From positions 46,388 through 110,387 of the forward strand of contig CAKOIS010000001.1 in the NCBI GenBank assembly GCA_934087065.1: 64,000 bases of DNA, given 5' to 3'. Shown piece by piece: positions 59,328 to 64,000 of this stretch; the stretch's first letter is position 1; every line of letters starts with the position of its first letter. The DNA is from an uncultured Bacilli bacterium (GTDB lineage: Bacteria; Bacillota_I; Bacilli_A; RF39; UBA660). The notes below the pieces were generated by a model. It had not been told where the DNA came from, did no database searches, and saw only the letters and a list, made by a program, of their open reading frames with translations. The position numbers were made by a program, and so were the translations under genes.

Positions 59328-61973
59328 ATGAATAATTATTACCAAATGTCTGAAAAAGAAACATTAAAAAAACTAAAAACAACAAAAGAAGGATTAACAA
59401 CAAAAGAAGCAGTAAAAAGAATAAAACTCTACGGCAAAAACTCACTTCCAAAATCAAAACAAAAGTCATACATTCAAGTATTTTTGTCAGAATTTAAAAA
59501 CCCAATATGTTATATCTTACTAATAACAATGATTTTATCTTTTACAATAGGCGAATACATAGATGCAATTTTTATACTCTTTGTAGTACTAATAGATGCC
59601 TTACTTGGTTCAGTTCAAGAATACAAAAGTTCTAAAAGTGCTGAAGCATTAAAAAAAATAGTAAAAGTAGAAGCAAAAGTACTAAGAGACAACAAAGAAG
59701 TAATTATAGAAAGTTCTGACTTAACAATTGGCGACATAGTCTATTTAGAAAGTGGAAACATAGTCCCAGCAGACTTAAGACTCCTTGTTGTAAATAATCT
59801 AGAAGTAGATGAGTCCATATTAACAGGTGAGTCTATCCCACGTGAAAAACACACTAAAAAAATAACTAAAGAAGTAACTATAAACGACAGAACCAATATG
59901 TGTTACCTAGGCACAAACATAACAAGAGGCCGCGCGATAGGTGTAGTTACATCTATTTCAAAAGACACAGAAATAGGTAGCATTGCAAAAGAAGTTTTAA
60001 ATAGCTCTATAACTCTAACACCACTTCAAATAAGAATGAACAAATTCACAAAAGACCTAAGCCTAATCGCAGCCATTCTTGCTGTAATCGTAACATTCAT
60101 TTTATACATAAAAGGCTACACTGCAAAAGAAATATTTTTCCTAGTTATTGCACTAAGCGTATCAGCTATTCCTGAGGGCTTGCCTGTAGTAATAACACTC
60201 GCTTTATCTATAAGTAGTGACAAAATGGCTAAAAAGAATGTAATAGTAAAAAAACTAAATGCAGTTGAAGCACTAGGCAGCACTACACTAATTGCAAGTG
60301 ACAAAACAGGCACTCTTACACTAAACGAGCAAACGGTTAAAAAAATAGTTTTACCAAACAACGACACATATATAGTTACAGGTGAAGGCTATAACGGTAT
60401 CGGAAAAATTGAAGGTAAAAATGTAAATAAAGTAAAAAATATCATAAAAGAAGGACTATATAACAACGAAGCAACACTTTCACTTCAAAACGATGAATGG
60501 GTCTCATTCGGTGACTCAATGGACATAGCTCTTTTATCTTTAGGCTACAAATATGGTTTAGAAAACATAGATTTAAGAACAAACGTAATTGATAGAATTC
60601 CATACGAGTCCGATAACGGCTATTCAGTTGCATTCTATAAAGAACAAGATGATATGTATATAACAATAAAAGGTGACTTAGAAAAAGTACTTAAGTTTAC
60701 AAAAAAAACAACTAACAAAGAAAAGATCAGAAAACAAAATGAACTTTTAGCAAGTGATGGTTACAGGGTATTAGCTTTCGCAAGTGCAAAAATAACTTCT
60801 TTTAAACAAAAAGATATTTATAAAGAAAGTGATATTCCGCCCCTTAAATTTAGTGGCTTAGTTGCATTCCTAGACCCAATTAGACCTGATGCTAAAGAGG
60901 CAGTAGAAAAATGTAAAAGTGCTGGAATAAAAGTAGTCATGATAACTGGAGATCACCCACAAACAGCTTACAAAATTGCCCGCAACCTAGGAATTTGCTC
61001 AAACGAAACAGAACTATCTACTGGAGAAGAGTTATCTAAATTTCTAAAAAAAGACCAAAGTACTTTTGACGAATACATAAAAACTAAAAAAGTATTTAGC
61101 CGCGTTACACCAATGCAAAAACTAGAAATAGTCTCTTCATACAAAAGATTAGGTGAATTTGTAACAGTAACCGGGGATGGTGTAAACGATAGCCCCGCCC
61201 TAAAAGAAGCAAATACAGGTGTTGCCATGGGAAGTGGAACAGACATAGCAAAAGAGACTTCTTCACTTATCATTACAGACGATAAATTTTCCTCAATAGT
61301 AAAAGGTGTAGAAGAAGGACGTGGTGCATACGACAACATTAGAAAAGTAACATATATGCTTTTATCTTGTGGTGTCAGTGAAGTCGTGTTTTATTTGTTC
61401 TCAATTCTATTAGACTACTCTGTACCACTAACTGCAATTCAACTCCTCTGGCTAAACCTAGTAACAGATGGAATACAAGATGTCACTCTTGCATTTGAAC
61501 AAACTGACAAAGACGTACTAAAAAGAAAACCAAGAAGCACAAAAGAAAACTTATTTGATAGATTACTAAAAAACGAAATACTTCTAATGGGACTAACAAT
61601 GGGAATAATTGTCTTCGGTGTTTGGGTCTACTTAATAGATGTACTAAAACTCCCAACAGTAGTCGCAAGAAGTTACATTCTATTTCTTATGGTATTCATG
61701 CAAAACATACACTGCTTTAACTGTAGAAGTGAAACAAAAAGCATATTTAGTATTCCACTAAAAAACAACAAAAAATTAGTTTTATCTATCTTAATAGTAT
61801 TATTTATACAATTTGTAGTAGTAGAAAATAGTGTATTATCGCATCTTTTAGAAACAGAAACAATTCCACTATTACATGTACTATGCTTGTTCTTAGCTTC
61901 TCTTCCAATTATAATCGTTTCAGAAATAATGAAATACTTTGAAAGAGACAAAATAAGGAGGGGAAAATCTTGA
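59328..61973 (+). CDS. P-type (P2) Ca2+-transporting ATPase
   Basis: TGES, DKTGTLT, TGDHPQTA and GDGVNDSPALK, plus 10 TM helices with PEGLPVV in M4 (the Ca-site signature of SERCA/PMCA-like pumps). Confidence 0.88.
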   Translation: MNNYYQMSEKETLKKLKTTKEGLTTKEAVKRIKLYGKNSLPKSKQKSYIQVFLSEFKNPICYILLITMILSFTIGEYIDAIFILFVVLIDALLGSVQEYKSSKSAEALKKIVKVEAKVLRDNKEVIIESSDLTIGDIVYLESGNIVPADLRLLVVNNLEVDESILTGESIPREKHTKKITKEVTINDRTNMCYLGTNITRGRAIGVVTSISKDTEIGSIAKEVLNSSITLTPLQIRMNKFTKDLSLIAAILAVIVTFILYIKGYTAKEIFFLVIALSVSAIPEGLPVVITLALSISSDKMAKKNVIVKKLNAVEALGSTTLIASDKTGTLTLNEQTVKKIVLPNNDTYIVTGEGYNGIGKIEGKNVNKVKNIIKEGLYNNEATLSLQNDEWVSFGDSMDIALLSLGYKYGLENIDLRTNVIDRIPYESDNGYSVAFYKEQDDMYITIKGDLEKVLKFTKKTTNKEKIRKQNELLASDGYRVLAFASAKITSFKQKDIYKESDIPPLKFSGLVAFLDPIRPDAKEAVEKCKSAGIKVVMITGDHPQTAYKIARNLGICSNETELSTGEELSKFLKKDQSTFDEYIKTKKVFSRVTPMQKLEIVSSYKRLGEFVTVTGDGVNDSPALKEANTGVAMGSGTDIAKETSSLIITDDKFSSIVKGVEEGRGAYDNIRKVTYMLLSCGVSEVVFYLFSILLDYSVPLTAIQLLWLNLVTDGIQDVTLAFEQTDKDVLKRKPRSTKENLFDRLLKNEILLMGLTMGIIVFGVWVYLIDVLKLPTVVARSYILFLMVFMQNIHCFNCRSETKSIFSIPLKNNKKLVLSILIVLFIQFVVVENSVLSHLLETETIPLLHVLCLFLASLPIIIVSEIMKYFERDKIRRGKS

Positions 61974-62929
61974 CTTTAATTCTAACAGCAATAATTCTAT
62001 TTGTAATCGGACTAGTTTCACTTATAAGATTTTCAGACATATTTGTAAGTGCAGCTTCTAGTCTTAGTATTCACTTAAAAGTTCCTAAAATGTTAATTGC
62101 TTTAACAGTCGCTGCCTTTGGTACCTGTGCTCCAGAACTAGCAATATCATTTAACTCAATAAGTGGTGGTAACCCTGACATGACTCTTGCAAATGTAATC
62201 GGTTCATGCATAGTAAACATACTATTAATTGTAGGTATAGCTGCAATCGTTAGACCCATCAAAGTAAAAGAAAGAACAATAAAAAAAGAACTTCCTTTAT
62301 TAGTAATCATAACTTCAGCTTTCTTTGTTTTATTAACAGACTCACTATTTAAAAAAGGTGCATCTAATACTCTATCTCGTGCTGATGGTATAATGCTTCT
62401 TTGCTGGTTTATCCTATTCATGTTCTACATAATCGGATTAGTAAGAAAAAACAAAAACGAAGAAACACTTATTCCTGAATATAGTCTAAAAAAATCTATA
62501 ATTTTAATAATACTCACACTCATTGGAATAATAGTGTCTTCAGACATAGTTGTAGATAACGCTGTAATGCTTGCAGAAGTTTTAGGAATAAGCCAAAAAA
62601 TAATATCAATGACAGCCATAGTAATAGGAACCTCTCTTCCTGAACTAACAATGACAGTAAACGCGGCTAGAAAAGACGAATTTGATATGGCAGTAGGTAA
62701 CATAATAGGGACTAACATATTTAACATATGTATAGTTTTAGGTCTTCCTATTAGCATATATGGAACAGTTTCTTCAAACGCATTCACAATAGTGGACTCA
62801 AGCATTGTCTTACTTGCATCTATCATATTTTATATATTTGGAAAAAGTGGTAAAGTCTTATCAAGAAGAGAAGGAATATTAATGTTTTTAGTATTTTTAA
62901 TATATTATGTATACTTATTTATAAGTTAA
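61970..62929 (+). CDS. Ca2+/Na+ antiporter (CaCA family, YrbG-like)
   Basis: Two alpha-repeats, GTCAPELAIS and GTSLPELTM. The TTG start overlaps the ATPase stop (CTTGA). Confidence 0.85.
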   Translation: MTLILTAIILFVIGLVSLIRFSDIFVSAASSLSIHLKVPKMLIALTVAAFGTCAPELAISFNSISGGNPDMTLANVIGSCIVNILLIVGIAAIVRPIKVKERTIKKELPLLVIITSAFFVLLTDSLFKKGASNTLSRADGIMLLCWFILFMFYIIGLVRKNKNEETLIPEYSLKKSIILIILTLIGIIVSSDIVVDNAVMLAEVLGISQKIISMTAIVIGTSLPELTMTVNAARKDEFDMAVGNIIGTNIFNICIVLGLPISIYGTVSSNAFTIVDSSIVLLASIIFYIFGKSGKVLSRREGILMFLVFLIYYVYLFIS

Positions 62930-62950
62930 CCATCAATTTGATGGTTTTTT
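62928..62950 (+). terminator. Rho-independent terminator
   Basis: AACCATCA-ATT-TGATGGTT followed by TTTT. Confidence 0.65.
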
Positions 62951-63004
62951 CTTTAACATTTGAACCTTTTATGATATAATTGATTTAGAAAGAAGTTGAT
63001 TAAT

Positions 63005-63631
63005 ATGTTAAAAAAATTAAAACCAATAGGAGTATATAGAAAGTGTGACTGGGTAACAATGACAGGAACAGCTTCCGCTATAACAGGTATATTACTTGCA
63101 AGTAATGGAAAAACAACCTACGCAGTGTTCTGTCTCATATTCTCAGCAATATGTGACGCATTTGATGGCGTTGTAGCAAGAAAGTTTGGTAGTCTAAAAG
63201 ACTATGAAGTATACGGTATAGAACTAGACTCACTAAATGATGCTATTGCTTTTGGCGTCCTTCCAATGATGATCGTGCAAAACTTGTCTACTCACAATAT
63301 ATACTTATTCATAATTAGTGTATTTTTCTGTATTGCTGGAGTAATAAGACTAGCTTACTTCAATATGTTGTCAACACTAAAAAAAGGAGACAGTAAGGAA
63401 TTTATTGGTATGCCTATAACTTGTAGTGCTATCATAATTCCTCTAGTTTACTTCCTAACATTTATAGTGGCAAAAGACTATAGAAGTATCATATTTCTAG
63501 TAACATTACTTATAACAGGAATATTATTTATAACACCAATAAAATTAAAAAAACTATCAACAAGAGAAAAAGTCGCCCTTTCATTAATAGGAATAATTAC
63601 AATTATAATAACAATAATAAAAATATGGTAA
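63005..63631 (+). CDS. pssA: CDP-diacylglycerol--serine O-phosphatidyltransferase (CDP-alcohol phosphatidyltransferase family)
   Basis: DAFDGVVARKFG....GIELDSLNDAIAFG fits the D-x2-D-G-x2-A-R...G-x3-D-x3-D motif. Multi-TM. The ATG at 63005 is preferred over the TTG at 62996. Confidence 0.8.
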   Translation: MLKKLKPIGVYRKCDWVTMTGTASAITGILLASNGKTTYAVFCLIFSAICDAFDGVVARKFGSLKDYEVYGIELDSLNDAIAFGVLPMMIVQNLSTHNIYLFIISVFFCIAGVIRLAYFNMLSTLKKGDSKEFIGMPITCSAIIIPLVYFLTFIVAKDYRSIIFLVTLLITGILFITPIKLKKLSTREKVALSLIGIITIIITIIKIW

Positions 63632-63675
63632 GTTACTATATTTTTACTTATTTATAAACAACAAAGGAGGAACTT

Positions 63676-64000
63676 ATGAAAAAAATATTAACAGTCTTAA
63701 TACCAGTATATAATACAGAAAAATATATAAAAAGATGCCTAGACAGCTTACTTTTAAAAGAAACAAATAGTGATGTAGAACTTCTTATTGTTAGTGATGG
63801 AAGTAAAGATAACTCAGTAAATATTATTAAAGAGTATGTAAAAGTTTACCCAGAAACTATAAGACTAATTGAAAAAGAAAACGCTGGCCACGGCTCAACA
63901 ATAAACGTAGGCATAAAAGAAGCAAAAGGAAAGTACTTTAAAGTAATAGATAGTGACGACTGGGTAAACAGTATAGACTTTATAAAATTTGTATCAAGAC
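63676..64000 (+). CDS. Family 2 glycosyltransferase, 3' end outside the window
   Basis: Not in the ORF track because it is open at the window end. AAGGAGG RBS. MKKILTVLIPVYNTEKYIKRCLDSLL...LLIVSDGSKDNS...DSDDW is typical GT2. Confidence 0.8.
   Translation, partial: MKKILTVLIPVYNTEKYIKRCLDSLLLKETNSDVELLIVSDGSKDNSVNIIKEYVKVYPETIRLIEKENAGHGSTINVGIKEAKGKYFKVIDSDDWVNSIDFIKFVSR

Overview
This is a 64-kb chromosomal window from a very AT-rich, low-GC Gram-positive-type bacterium (Bacillota). The 16S rRNA shows Erysipelotrichia/Mollicutes-like signatures, but peptidoglycan genes (ftsEX, M23 hydrolases) and spo0A are present. TGA closes conserved genes, so the standard code applies. Most of the window is core genome, almost all on the + strand. 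In order it holds: walJ-like MBL hydrolase, rlmH, a YitT-family gene, ftsE-ftsX with a coiled-coil M23 hydrolase, and whiA; then clpP (-), a nucleoside kinase, and a broken-up glycolytic cluster (gap, orphan ORF, pgk-tpiA, spo0A, gpmI); then a T-box-controlled thrS, an AMP-ligase and a hybrid histidine kinase. Next comes an uninterrupted S10-spc-alpha ribosomal cluster (rpsJ to rplQ, including secY, adk, map, infA, rpmJ, rpoA, with no rpmD), followed by a CtpA-like S41 protease and Ntdp/DUF402. An rRNA operon (16S-23S-5S, no spacer tRNA) and tRNA-His follow. The window ends with a two-gene holin-like/M23 cassette, mscS (-), phosphoketolase, a beta-helix surface protein, a coupled Ca-ATPase and Ca/Na antiporter, pssA and a partial GT2 gene. 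The clearly accessory and most interesting part is 5.9-14.2 kb. It holds a small convergent toxin-like peptide/antisense pair. It also holds a five-gene locus of TasA/camelysin-like proteins with SipW-type leaders. The two largest members fuse that fold to a membrane anchor and to hundreds of residues of thrombospondin-type-3-like Ca-binding repeats, one Cys-rich and one Cys-poor. All calls come from reading the sequence and ORF translations and from recalled family motifs; no searches were run.
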